Positions 38,501 to 49,735 of a stretch of 64,000 nucleotides of DNA are shown here, in pieces (positions within the stretch are counted from its first letter, which is position 1; every line of letters begins with the position of its first letter). The notes under the pieces were generated by a model. It worked only from the letters and a program-made list of their open reading frames with translations, was not told where the DNA came from and did not search any database. A program made the position numbers and the translations under genes. Origin of the DNA: Takakia lepidozioides (taxonomy: Eukaryota > Plantae > Bryophyta); contig CM060732.1 in the NCBI GenBank assembly GCA_030704615.1, positions 11,904,001-11,968,000 of the forward strand, given 5' to 3'.

Positions 38501-41500
38501 GGGACATCAACCTTGGAGCGTGGGGGAGGAAATGCATGCCTAGCCCGGCTTAGCTAGCTTAGGAATCCGATTACAAAAACTTGTATTGTACAAAAATTTG
38601 TTATAAAGGAAATGGGTTCCGAATGTTGTGCGTCCTATTTTGTTTGGAATGGTGATGCATGGTAGGGTTGGCTAGTGTGTAGAACGCATGCTAGCTTATA
38701 AAAGTGGGAGAGGTAAATTGGATAAATCGTGTGTTTGCGTAGTGCCGAAATCGGGTGACTCCCATCCAAGGGGCAAGGAAACTTGCGACTTCTTTGGGAG
38801 TTCACGTGCTAGTGCGCACCTGGCGCGTGCGCGTACTATAACTGCGCTACCGAGGGGGTTGCCTTGTAGTGCGGGCTAACGCAGAAGCTATGTGCTTCCG
38901 TTCATGTACTATAATCGTGTAGCCTCGGGACGAAGTCGTAGTGCGGCTTCGGCGTGTTCCCGTACCTCAGGCCAACATTCCAAGGCGGACCCAATTGTAG
39001 TAATTGGGGCGCACAGTTGGTTCAAGGTTATCTTCCTAGTCAAAGAGGGTTGAAGGTGAACCTTTGCTCAAGGTGATGCCAAAAGCGGCATCATGAGCGG
39101 TCGCAAGCAATGTTGTTGCAGTAAGGCGATTCGATCCTCAAGGAGGATCGTTCCTTGGCCTTGAAGTAGGCCAAGAAGAGTGCACTGGGAGGAGCTTGAG
39201 AGGCTCCACCCTTGGCCGGGACTTGGAGGAAGTCGGCCGAACTAGCTAGTGGAGAGTAGAGTCAAGTGTGGGGTTTGGTTCTTTGCCATGGGACGCCATG
39301 GTACGGAAACAAACACCTTGATGTGGGACGCCACAACTTGGATGTTCGTTTCTACAAAATGGACAAGTCGATGAGGACATCGACTCCCTGTTGGTAGGGG
39401 TGTGTGTCGCGGCCCTTTGCCTTGAGGGCAGGGGGTCGGGACACAAGAGGGGTTGCCCCTGTGGTGGGGGCAGTAGCAGCGATAGGTACGGGGGCTGAAG
39501 CACCCTTGAGTGCCCAAGGCACTCAAGGAGGCGGAGGCGCTCACTAGGTGGAGCCCCACACACCGGGTTGCAGTGGGGGTGGCTCCACAAGGGGTGGTGG
39601 TAGCTTAGCGGGACTTAGTGGGGGTGGCATAGGACTCACCATGGGGTGGAGACCTCGAGGTGGGAGTCGTGGGGAGTCTTGGGACTCATCACGGTCCATT
39701 GGGGCCGCGGTGAGTGGGCCAAGACTCACCGCGACTCACCACCGGGAATCGAGGGTCTTCGTGGTGGTTCGCCATAAAATGGCATGGCTGGTTGTGAAAC
39801 CCCGCGGACAGCTACAGAAGTATATATAGGGAGTAGTAACCCCGAGAACGGTGCAAGCCCGTTGGTGACCAAAAACTAGTGAGTAAGCGAGCGAGCCGGA
39901 AAGCGACCAAAGAGTGGGGAGCTGTTCCGAACTGCCAACTACAAAAGGGAATTCCCGCTGGTTCCAAAGCGGTGGAGGGTTCTTTGGGAGAACAAAGGGG
40001 GACCGTTATGCCCCGGTGAGCAGCCGAAGCTCCAAGTTGGCCGGGCGGCCAGGTTGGGAGTCAGGCGCGCGTATCAAAGCGAGTAACTATGACTTGAGGG
40101 GGGGGAGCTTACCGAAGGGAGGTGCGCGACACCATACCTATTGCTGCCGCTGCCCCCACCACAGGGGCAGCCCCTCATGTGTCCCGACCCCCTGCCCTCA
40201 AGGCAAAGGGCCGCGACACACACCCCTACCAACAGGGAGTCGATGTCCTCATCGACTTGTCCATTTTGTATAAACGAACATCCAAGTTGTGGCGTCCCAC
40301 ATCAAGGAGTTTGTTTCCGTACCATGGCGTCCCATGGCAAAGAACCAAACCCCACACTTGACTCTACTCTCCACTAGCTAGTTCGGCCGACTTCCTCCAA
40401 ATCCCGGCCAAGGGTGGAGCCTCTCAAGCTCCTCCCAGTGCACTCTTCTTGGCCTACTTCAAGGCCAAGGAACGATCCTCCCCGAGGATCAAATCGCCTT
40501 ACTGTAACAACATTGCTTGTGACCGCTCATGATGCCGCTTTGGGCATCACCTTGAGCAAGGGTTCACTTCGAACCCTCTTTGACTAGGAAGATAACCTTG
40601 AACCAATCGTGCACCCCAATCACTACAATTGGGTCCGCCTTGGAATGCTGGCCTGAGGTACGGGAATACGCCGAAGCCGCACTACGACTTCATCCCGAGG
40701 CTACACGATTATAGTACCTGAACGGGAGCACGTAGCTTCCGCATTAGCCCGCACTACAAGGCAACCCCCTGGGTAGCGCAGTTATAGTACGCGTACGCGC
40801 CAGGTGCGCACTAGCACGTGAACTCCCAAAGAAGGCGCATGTTTCCTTGCCCCTTGGATGGGAGTCACCCGATTTCGGCACTACGCAAATACACGATTAA
40901 CCCAATTTACATCTCCCACTTTTGTAAGCTAGCATGCATTCTACACACTAGCCAACCACACCATGCATCACCATTCCAAACAAAATAGGACACACAACAT
41001 TTGGAACCCATTTCCTTTATACAATACAAGTTTTTGCAATCGGATTCCTGAGCTAGCTAAGCCGGGCTAAGCATGCATTTCCTCCCCCACGCTCCAAGGT
41101 TGATGTCCCCATCAACGCTTCTTCCGCTTTTGAGGTCGCCCTTCGAAAACTGCAACCGCCTCGGATGCGTTTCCCATTTCTGAGGCACGCACCCAAGATG
41201 CCTCCACAAGATGATAGCCCTTCCATTTCACGAGATACTCCGTTTCTCGGTTCTTGAACCTCCTCGACTTAAGTACTGCCTCCACCTCGTACTCAGGTTC
41301 ATTTTCATGATCCAACAGCACAAGTGGCGGACGCAACACTTGATGCCGATTCGGACGCGCTTCATTTTTGAAGTAAGGCTTCAAAAGGGAGACGTGGAAT
41401 ACTGGATGGACCTTGCTGTTTGCCGGCAACTCCAATTCATACACATCCTCATTCATAACCTTCCGAATGCGAAAGGGTCCCGCATACGGAGGTACGAACT

Positions 41501-44500
41501 TTGGACTCACTTCCGGAGGTAGTCGGAAATTCTTGATGTTCAACCAGACCTCCGTGCCTGCCTCAAACTTCACTTCCCTCCGCTTCCGATTCGCCTGCCT
41601 TTCATACCGTTTCCTAGCTTTGGCAATGTTGTACTTTGCGAGCTTCAACAAACGCTCGCGTTCTTCCAGTACCGCCGCTACTGCCGGTTCCTCAACGTCC
41701 CGGGCGGCCCAACTTGTCGGCACCAGAGGTGCTTTTCCATAGACCAATACGAAAGGGGAAACTCCCGTTGCGGAGTGTTCTGTGTTATTATAACAGAACT
41801 CTACCGCGTCTAAGTGTTCCACCCAGTCTGATTGGTCTGCCGACACGTAATTCCGCAAGATCTGCTTCACTACGGAATTCACTCTTTCCGTTTGGCCGTT
41901 GGTCGTAGGTCGGAAGGCGGTGCTCATCTTCAGCCTCGTCCCCATCTTCTTCCAAAGTGTCTTCCAAAATTTACTCGTAAACTTTGGATCGCGGTCCGAG
42001 ACAATATCCTTCGGGACTCCATGATGTTTTAAGACGTGGGCGAAGTAAAGTCGCCCTGTCTCTTGCGCCGTTGCCGTCTCCTTGGTGGGGATGAAATGGC
42101 CCATTTTACTGAACCTATCCACCACCACCATGATTGCATCGAATCCTTTTGACAGCGGCATAGCAGTCATGAAATCCATCGAGACGCTTTCCCAAGTTCC
42201 CTCTGGAATCGGCAAGGGTTGTAACAGCCCCGCTTGCTTTTTGTACTCGCTCCGGTTTTGTTGGCATGTGGTGCATGTCTTGACATACTCCTCTGCCTCC
42301 TTCCTCAGTTTGGGCCAGAAATACTCTTTCTTCAAGAGTGCCGCAGTGCGCTTGGCTCCGCCGTGGCCCGCAAGCGGGCTATCATGGCATTCTCTCAAGA
42401 GGCTATCTCTGATCCCTCCCTTCGGCACGTAGAGACGCTTTTGCTTATACCGGAGCAGTCCATTTTGTAAGTGGAATTGCGATTTAACCCCCCTCCTCAA
42501 GTCCTGCATCACGGACTTCACCAGCTCATCCTTCTGGCAAGCCTTCCGGATCTTCCTTTGGAGCGCCGTCTCGCCCCTATACACCAACAGGAGCTGCTGC
42601 TTTCTACTTAAAGCATCGGCCACCACATTGTCACGTCGGAGGCTCCCAGTCCAAGATCGCCCTCACCTTTCTGTCATCCATTTTGATCCCATCCTGTGTA
42701 ATCACATGCCCCAAGAACTCCACTTTCATGACCCCGAATTCGCACTTTGAAGTTTTGGCGTACAGCTTCTCTTCCCGCAACTTTTGGAACACCCTTTTGA
42801 GGTGCTCCAGGTGCTCCTCCTTTGTTTTCGAGTACACCAAGATGTTGTCGATGTACACGATCACAAAGTCATCCAACCACTCCTGAAAAAAGTTGTTCAT
42901 CAGCGTGCTAAAGGTTGCAGGTGCATTGGTGAGCCCAAAAGGCATCACCAAGAACTCATATGAACCATACCTTGTCCTGCACGCGGTCTTCTCCTCATCT
43001 CCTTCCGCCACTCGAATTTGATGATAGCCGGAGCGCAGATCGATCCGGCTAAAATACTTCGCTCCTGCCAACCGAACGAAAAGGTCATCGATCCTTGGCA
43101 AAGGATACCGGTTTTTGATAGTCACCTTATTCAAAGCCCTGTAATCGACACACATCCGCAGCGTCCCATCCTTCTTGTTTGCGAATAGCACCGGGGCTCC
43201 GTAAGGTGACTTACTCGGCCGGATGTACCCCTTTGACATTAGATCCTTGAGCTGAGTCTTCAGCTCGACCAACTCTCTGTGGCTCAACCGGTAGGGCGCC
43301 TTGGCAGGCGGTTCCGATCCCGGTATCACCTCAATCTTGTGGTCAACTCCTCTTCGCGGTGGCAAGCCGCTTGGCAAATCCTCCGGCATCACATCCTGGT
43401 ATTTCTTCAAAATCCCCTTGATCCAATCTGGGCTCGGCTCCCCATCGCCTTCTCCCTTAACTTCTTTGATGTAAAGCAAAAACTGGGGCTCGTGTGACTC
43501 CTCCACGACCCACTCCCTTGCTGACAGAAGGTTTATTCGCCCTCCCATGAGTTTGGGCGTTTCCAACACTCGTAAGACCTTGCCACCATTCCCACATGGC
43601 AGTGTGACTACTCTCTTGCGGCTATCTATGACGGCTCTGGATTTGCTCAAAAAGGTCATCCCCAAAATGAGATCCACTCCATCGATCTCACAGATGGTGA
43701 AGTTCTCACGACCCTCCCAACTCCCCAGTTGAAGAGGAACATCAAACGCCAACCTTGTCGCCAGTTGTGGTTCACCTTTGGCAAAACGCACCTCAATAGA
43801 GGCCCCCACGTCACTTGTCGGGAGTCCCAGCTTTTGTGCCGTTGCCAGTGTCATGAAGGAGTGCGACGCTCCTGTGTCCACCAACAATGACACGTTAGTT
43901 CCGGATATTATCCCATCCACGAACAATAACTGACTCCCTTTACGTAAGGCGCCCTTCTTGATACAGTTCACAAGAAAATTTGCCTACCTTGCAAGTCCTG
44001 GCGACCACCGCTTCCACCAAGCGACTGATGGTATCTTTCGACAGCTCTGTGGTCGCCCGAGTCATGTTCAATTGCCGGGGCTTCGTGCACTTCTTGGCCA
44101 TGTGCCCGGGCTCCCCGCAATTGAAACACACTCCATCAAAGGTCGCCTTCTGTCCGCCATAGGCTGCTCCACCCGCTTTTCCTTTTGAAGCACCGGGTGC
44201 CGCCTTGACTTGTGAAGGCCCTCCCTTCGATTTCCACGTGCCATTGTCACCGCGTGGCCTATCCCACTTCTTTTCCGGTCGGAAGGCGTCACCTTCCCGC
44301 CGGATCTTCTTGTGGTTCAGCTCCGTACGGCCTTGTCTTTCACCCCTAGGGACATCCGAGAAACATTCAGCCCTCTCAATTGCCTCATTCAAAGTCTTAG
44401 GTGACTTCTCCTCCAACTTCCGCCTAGCCCATGGGGCCAGTCCTGCCACAAAGTTGAAGACCATTTCTGGTTCTGCCATGTCCGCGACTTCGAGCAACAG

Positions 44501-45992
44501 CACATTGAAAGCCTGGACATATCCCCGAATGTCATCTGTTTGCTTCAAATTCCTCATCTTGTCCCGAGCAAGCCAGGACGCGTTAAGGGGCACAAACTGT
44601 CTCTTCATCAATTCCTTGAACCCACTCCAGTTCAAGGTTTCCGGGCTTGGACCTCGGTCGTGAAGGCGTTTTTGCCACCATTGTTGAGCATAGCCCCTCA
44701 AATAGGTGGGAGCCACTTCCACCCGATCCTCGTCACTCAACTTGGCCGCCCGGAAGTACTGCTCTAGCTCTAGGAGCCAGGTGTTGAGTGCCTTCCGATT
44801 TCGGACGCCTTGGAAGGTGCCAGGTTCCTTAGGCTTCACCTTAAACTTTGCCTTAGTGGAAGTGGCATAAGCCGCCTTCAACACATCTTTCAACGTCCCG
44901 CCAAATTGCGCCAACAACCCTTCCCAAAAGGCTGCCGGCATGGGAGGCATCTCTTGGTTTGTCGGAGCTCTCAAGGATTCCTCGGGCTCCGACTCCTCGG
45001 ATTCCTCCCGCTCATGAGCGGCCTCGTTTTCGGAAACATGCATCGCTTCCTCAAACGGCCGCCTCGGTGACACGTCGCCCCCATCGGGCTCACCAGGATC
45101 ATCATCTTTTGGGCCGTTCCGCTTTCGCTTCGGCTTGCCCGACCCCATGATGAGGCCAATCCCAAGGATGATCGCGTACTGAACTCTAAGCTCTGATACC
45201 AAGTGTCGCGCATCTCACTTCGGTAAGCTCCCGCACATATTGCAACACCTGCGGGCCAAGGATGAGCTGAATCAAAATTGAATGAAAGGTCGAACCAAAG
45301 TCATAGTTACTCGCTTTGATGCGCGCGCCTGACTCCCAACCTGGCCGCCGGGCCAACTTGGAGCTTCGGCTGCTCACCAAGACATAACGGTCCCCCTTTG
45401 ATCTCCCAAAGAACCCTCCACCGCTTTCGGCCCAGTGGGAATTCCCTTTGGTAGTTGGCAGTCCGGAACAGCTCCCCACTCTTTGGTCGCTTTCCGGCTC
45501 GCTCGCTTACTCACTAGTTTTTGGTCACCAACGGGCTTGCACCGTTCTCGGGGTTACTACTCCCCTTATATATACTTCTGTAGCTGTCCGCGGGGGGTTC
45601 ACAACCGGCCATGCCATTTTATGGCGAACCACCACGAAAACCCTCGACTCCCGGTGATGAGTCGCGGTGAGTCTTGGCCCACTCACCACGGCCCCTATGG
45701 ACCGTGATGAGTCCCAAGACTCCCCACGACTTCCACCACGAGGTCTCTGCCCCCATGGTGAGTCCTATGCCACCCCCACTAAGTCCCGCTAAGCTACCAC
45801 CACCCCTTGTGGAGCCACCCCACCGCAACCCGGTGTGCGGGGCTCCACCTAGTGAGCGCCTCCGCTTCCCTGAGTGCCTTGGGCACTCAAGGGTGCTTCG
45901 GCCCCCCATACCTATCGCTGCCGCTGCCCCCACCACAAGGGCAGCCCCTCATGTTTCCCGACCCCCTGCCCTCAAGGCAAAGGGCCACGACA
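32518..45992 (-). mobile_element. Ty3/gypsy chromovirus copy B (Galadriel-like); its 3' LTR is split by copy A
   Basis: 5' LTR 45204-45992, with the tRNA-iMet PBS at ~45190-45201. Gag-PR-RT-IN-chromodomain ORFs span 45202-41112, with RNase H deleted at ~42633. The 3' LTR consists of 40132-40218 plus 32518-33163. Confidence 0.93.
33164..40131 (+). mobile_element. Ty3/gypsy chromovirus copy A (Galadriel-like), full length with TSD CCATA, coding region disabled
   Basis: LTRs 33164-33892 and 39405-40131 (TGTCGCG...CGCGACA). PBS TGGTATCAGAGC at 33895. TSD CCATA at 33159-33163 and 40132-40136. Gag CCHC CFNCGEPGHMAKKC, PR LVDTGVSHSF, RT YIDDIL, RNase H, integrase, and chromodomain YEVEAIL..YLVKWKGY. 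Several premature stops. Confidence 0.97.
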
Positions 45993-47198
45993 CTTGGGCA
46001 CTCAAGGGTGCTTCAGCCCCCCATACCTATCGTTGCCGCTGCCCCCACCACGGGGGCAGCCCCTCATGTGTCCCGACCCCCTGCCCTCAAGGCAAAGGGC
46101 CGCGACACACACCCCTACCAACAGGGAGTCGATGTCCTCATCGACTTGTCCATTTTGTAGAAACGAACATCCAAGTTGTGGCGTCCCACATCAAGGAGTT
46201 TGTTTCCGTACCTTGGCGTCCCATGGCAAAGAACCAAACCCCACACTTGACTCTACTCTCCACTAGCTAGTTCGGCCGACTTCCTCCAAATCCCGGCCAA
46301 GGGTGGAGCCTCTCAAGCTCCTCCCAGTGCACTCTTCTTGGCCTACTTCAAGGCCAAGGAACGATCCTCCCTGAGGATCGAATCGCCTTACTGCAACAAC
46401 ATTGCTTGCGATCGCTCCTGATGCCGCTTTTGGCATCACTTTGCGCAAGGGTTCACCTCGAACCCCCTTTGACTAGGAAGATAACCTTGAACCAACCGTG
46501 CGCCCCAATCACTATAATTGGGTCCGTCTTGGAATGCTGGCCTGAGGTACGGGAACACGTCGAAGCCGCACTACGACTTCGTCCCGAGGCTACACGATTA
46601 TAGTACGTGAACGGAAGCACATAGTTTCCGCGTTAGCCCACACTAGAAGGCAACCACCTCGGTAGCGCAGTTATAGTACGCGCACGCGCCAGGTGCGCAC
46701 TAGCACGTGAACTCCCAAAGAAGGCGCATGTTTCCTTGCCCCTTGGATGGGAGTCACCCGATTTCGGCACTACGCAAACACACGATTAACCCAATTTACC
46801 TCTCCCACTTTTGTCAGCTAGCATGCATTCTACACACTAGCCAACCATACCATGCATCACCATTCCAAACAAAATAGGACACACAACATTTGGAACCCAT
46901 TTCCTTTATAACAAATTTTTGTACAATACAAGTTTTTGCAATCGGATTCCTGAGCTAGCTAAGCCGGGCTAAGCATGCATTTCCTCCCCCACGCTCCAAG
47001 GTTGATGTCCCCATCAATGCTTCTTCCGCTTTTGAGGTCGCCCTTCGAAAACTGCAACCGCCTCGGATGCGTTTCCCATTTCTGAGGCACGCACCCAAGA
47101 TGCCTCCACAAGATGATAGCCCTTCCATTTCACGAGATACTCCGTTTCTCGGTTCTTGAACCTCCTCGACTTAAGTACTGCCTCCACCTCGTACTCAG
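45993..47198 (-). mobile_element. Chromovirus copy C: only the chromodomain, 3' UTR/PPT and 115 bp of the 3' LTR remain
   Basis: 46108-47198 is nearly identical to 40219-41296. Partial LTR at 45993-46107. Similarity ends abruptly at 47198. Confidence 0.92.
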
Positions 47199-47344
47199 CC
47201 CGGGGGGTGCACTCCAACCAATATGTACCAGCCACGTGCGTGCACAGAAGGGGGTATTTTAAACCCCTCCATGTACAACATTATACATATAGAGGGGGGT
47301 TTATATCACCTTAAATATAATCTTACAGGAGGGGGTTACTAAGT

Positions 47345-47415
47345 TTTAGGAGTAGTCTAGTGGTAAGGGCGTAGAATGTGGCGTGACACATCGCGGGATC
47401 AAATCGCGATGCAAT
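47345..47415 (+). other. tRNA-like (His-GTG-like) Pol III A/B-box relic, possible SINE head
   Basis: GTAGTCTAGTGGTAAG (A box), TGTGGC anticodon context, CGCGGGATCAAATCGCG (T-arm/B-box-like), then oligo-T. The acceptor and anticodon stems do not pair. Confidence 0.4.
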
Positions 47416-47879
47416 GTTTTTTTGCTTTTCTTTTTTTTCTTTTCTCCCCGCGATCTGTCTCCCGCGGGCTCTCTTTTCCCTCCTCCCCCGCACCCCTTCC
47501 GTGTCAGCATGGTCTTAGCATGCCATGAGCTTTGTGACCCCCTCTCTTTCTTGTTTTTTTTTTCCTCTTATCCCATAAGATCTTTGAGCTTCCTGCAGCC
47601 ATTGTGAAGTACAATCGCATTCTACCAAGATTTGGCGTTTGCGGAATAGTGGCACCCTTCCATGGCCTAAGCATACTCAACAAGGCCTGGCTCCGGAGGC
47701 TGAGACAGAAGCTTCAGTTCATCTTGTGGCTCCTGAGAAACCTGGTCGCTATCTCTCATTGGCGTCTGGTAGCACCTGCTGGTCCTAAGTTTGGTCATCG
47801 GGTTTGGGTTTTGATTCAGGTATGTCCAAACTGATTGCTTTTCTTTCGTTCTGTTCATCTGCGCCTCTCCACCTATCCT

Positions 47880-48915
47880 CAGCCTCGAGACTTTCAAAGT
47901 TGGTAAACAGGGGTATAGGCACAATTCCCTTGATAGAATTGAAGAGAGCGTCTCTTTGGTGAGAGAACCCCGGACAGTGTATCAGAAAACGAATACTGTC
48001 TTCAGGTTGCCCACACAACGGACGATTGCACTCTCACTTTCCTCTCTGCTTCTGTTTGCTGTTCAAAGGTAGGCTTCCTGCCCTGAGTTTAAATTTCAGT
48101 CTAGTGTCTGGAGTGGGTAGACCCTTGAGGTCATCCAAGATGTCCACCCCCATGTCACTGACTGGAACAAGTTTTTAGTGAGCCCCAAAGCTTTGCCCAT
48201 TTGGTGAGAGAACCCCAGACAGTGTATCAGAAAATGAATATTGTCTTCAGATTGCCCACACAATAGGAAGTGCACTCCCCCTTTCCTCTCTGCTTCTGTT
48301 TGCTATTCAAAGGTAGGCTTCCTTCCCTCAGTTTAAATTTCAGTCTAGTGCCGAGAGTGGGTGGACCCTTGAGGTCATCCAAGATGTCCTCCCCCATGTC
48401 ACTGACTAGAAACAAGTTCACGGAAGTTTTCTGCCTAACTTCATTTTCATTAGACAATCTCATGGCAACAGACATGGCTTTGGACACTACAGCCTCTAAG
48501 TCGGATTTATCCAGCAGTGTCAAGACTTGCGGATCCAGGTCCAGGTCCTTGAGAATCTCTTCTACTCTGGTGTTGGGAAAACACATTTTGATCTCAGTCC
48601 AAACCAGGAAGTGGTCAGAGGTACCAATATCAGTTCTGTCGATCATCGAAGAGAAACACTCGGGGAACAAATTTTTGTCCATTATGATATAGTCCACAAT
48701 GGAACGTTCCCCAGTTTGGGATTTCTCACGAGTCCACTGCACTTGGTCACCTCTTGTCTTGTTATTCAAGGTCAAAAGCTGAAGCTCTTCCAGACAGTTA
48801 ATTAACCGTCTGCCATTAGAATTCAGCTCGTCCTCACCAGAAGACCCAATGATATCGTCCTAATGGAGCCCTTTGCCCACTTGCGCATTGAAGTCACCTT
48901 GCAATAGCACCACAA
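47880..48915 (-). mobile_element. LINE family 1 remnant: AP-endonuclease joined directly to the C-terminal domain (RT deleted), with an internal tandem duplication
   Basis: Endonuclease motifs LQGDFNAQVG, NSNGRRL, SIVDYII and SDHFLV fuse to TRVEEILKDLDL..., homologous to 480-940. 47960-48172 is duplicated at 48202-48415. Confidence 0.85.
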
Positions 48916-49735
48916 ACATGAAGAGAAGCTTTGGAATCTGACACTTTTCTGCCCCCAGTCAATGGTGGGACAATGTGGGTGGATGGTCAACTGGAAACTG
49001 CAGCGGCAACAGCGCAATTGATAGAGCAAGGCATTGCTGATGAAGGTACCTTCTTCAACACATTTCAGCCTGAGGGCACCTTCTGGTTTGACCTGTTTCA
49101 ACCTGTTTTTCCTCTCATCCTCCTCAGCCCTGAAGCATATGTATTGAATTCTGTAAGTTAGCTCGTTGGGTGGATTTGCGGTGCGTTGGAGTGACTTTGC
49201 AAGTTTAGGGCCGAGGTGGCAGCATGATAGGGAGGGGTAGCTGTTGATGCAGGGAGAGGATCGTGGGTGCAAAATCATCCAAGAGGGCCAGATTTGGAGC
49301 AAGGAACAGCGCTGGCAGGAGTTCTATAAATATGATCCACAACGGTGGGACAATATTGTCAACAAGGTGAGTTTTCTTCATGCAACATCGTAGGGAGTTT
49401 GACAGAACTTTGTATTTAAATATGTTAGTGTGGAGGGAGGGGTAGCCGCTGATGCAAGGATGGACTGTGGGTTCAGGATCACCCAAGAGGGCTACCAGTA
49501 GTGGAAGTAGCAGCATTTGGTCAATAGCAGCAGCAAGAATTAGCAACGTCAAACTCATCAATCAGGTACTTGCTTCTGTATACATTTCATCATCTTATCA
49601 ACGTAGTCCCTACTTGGACCGCCTATAGGGTTGTATAAAACAGGACTTTGGAACCTTCCAACCCGGGTGCTTTGTTATTGGTCTATCAAGATCTGATTTG
49701 AAATGTTTTCATTGCATTTTGCAGGTGAACTCATC

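Noticed and set aside
46200-46603. Possible antisense accessory ORF in the chromovirus 3' UTR
   Set aside because: The frames are interrupted by stops and are not continuous across the three copies.
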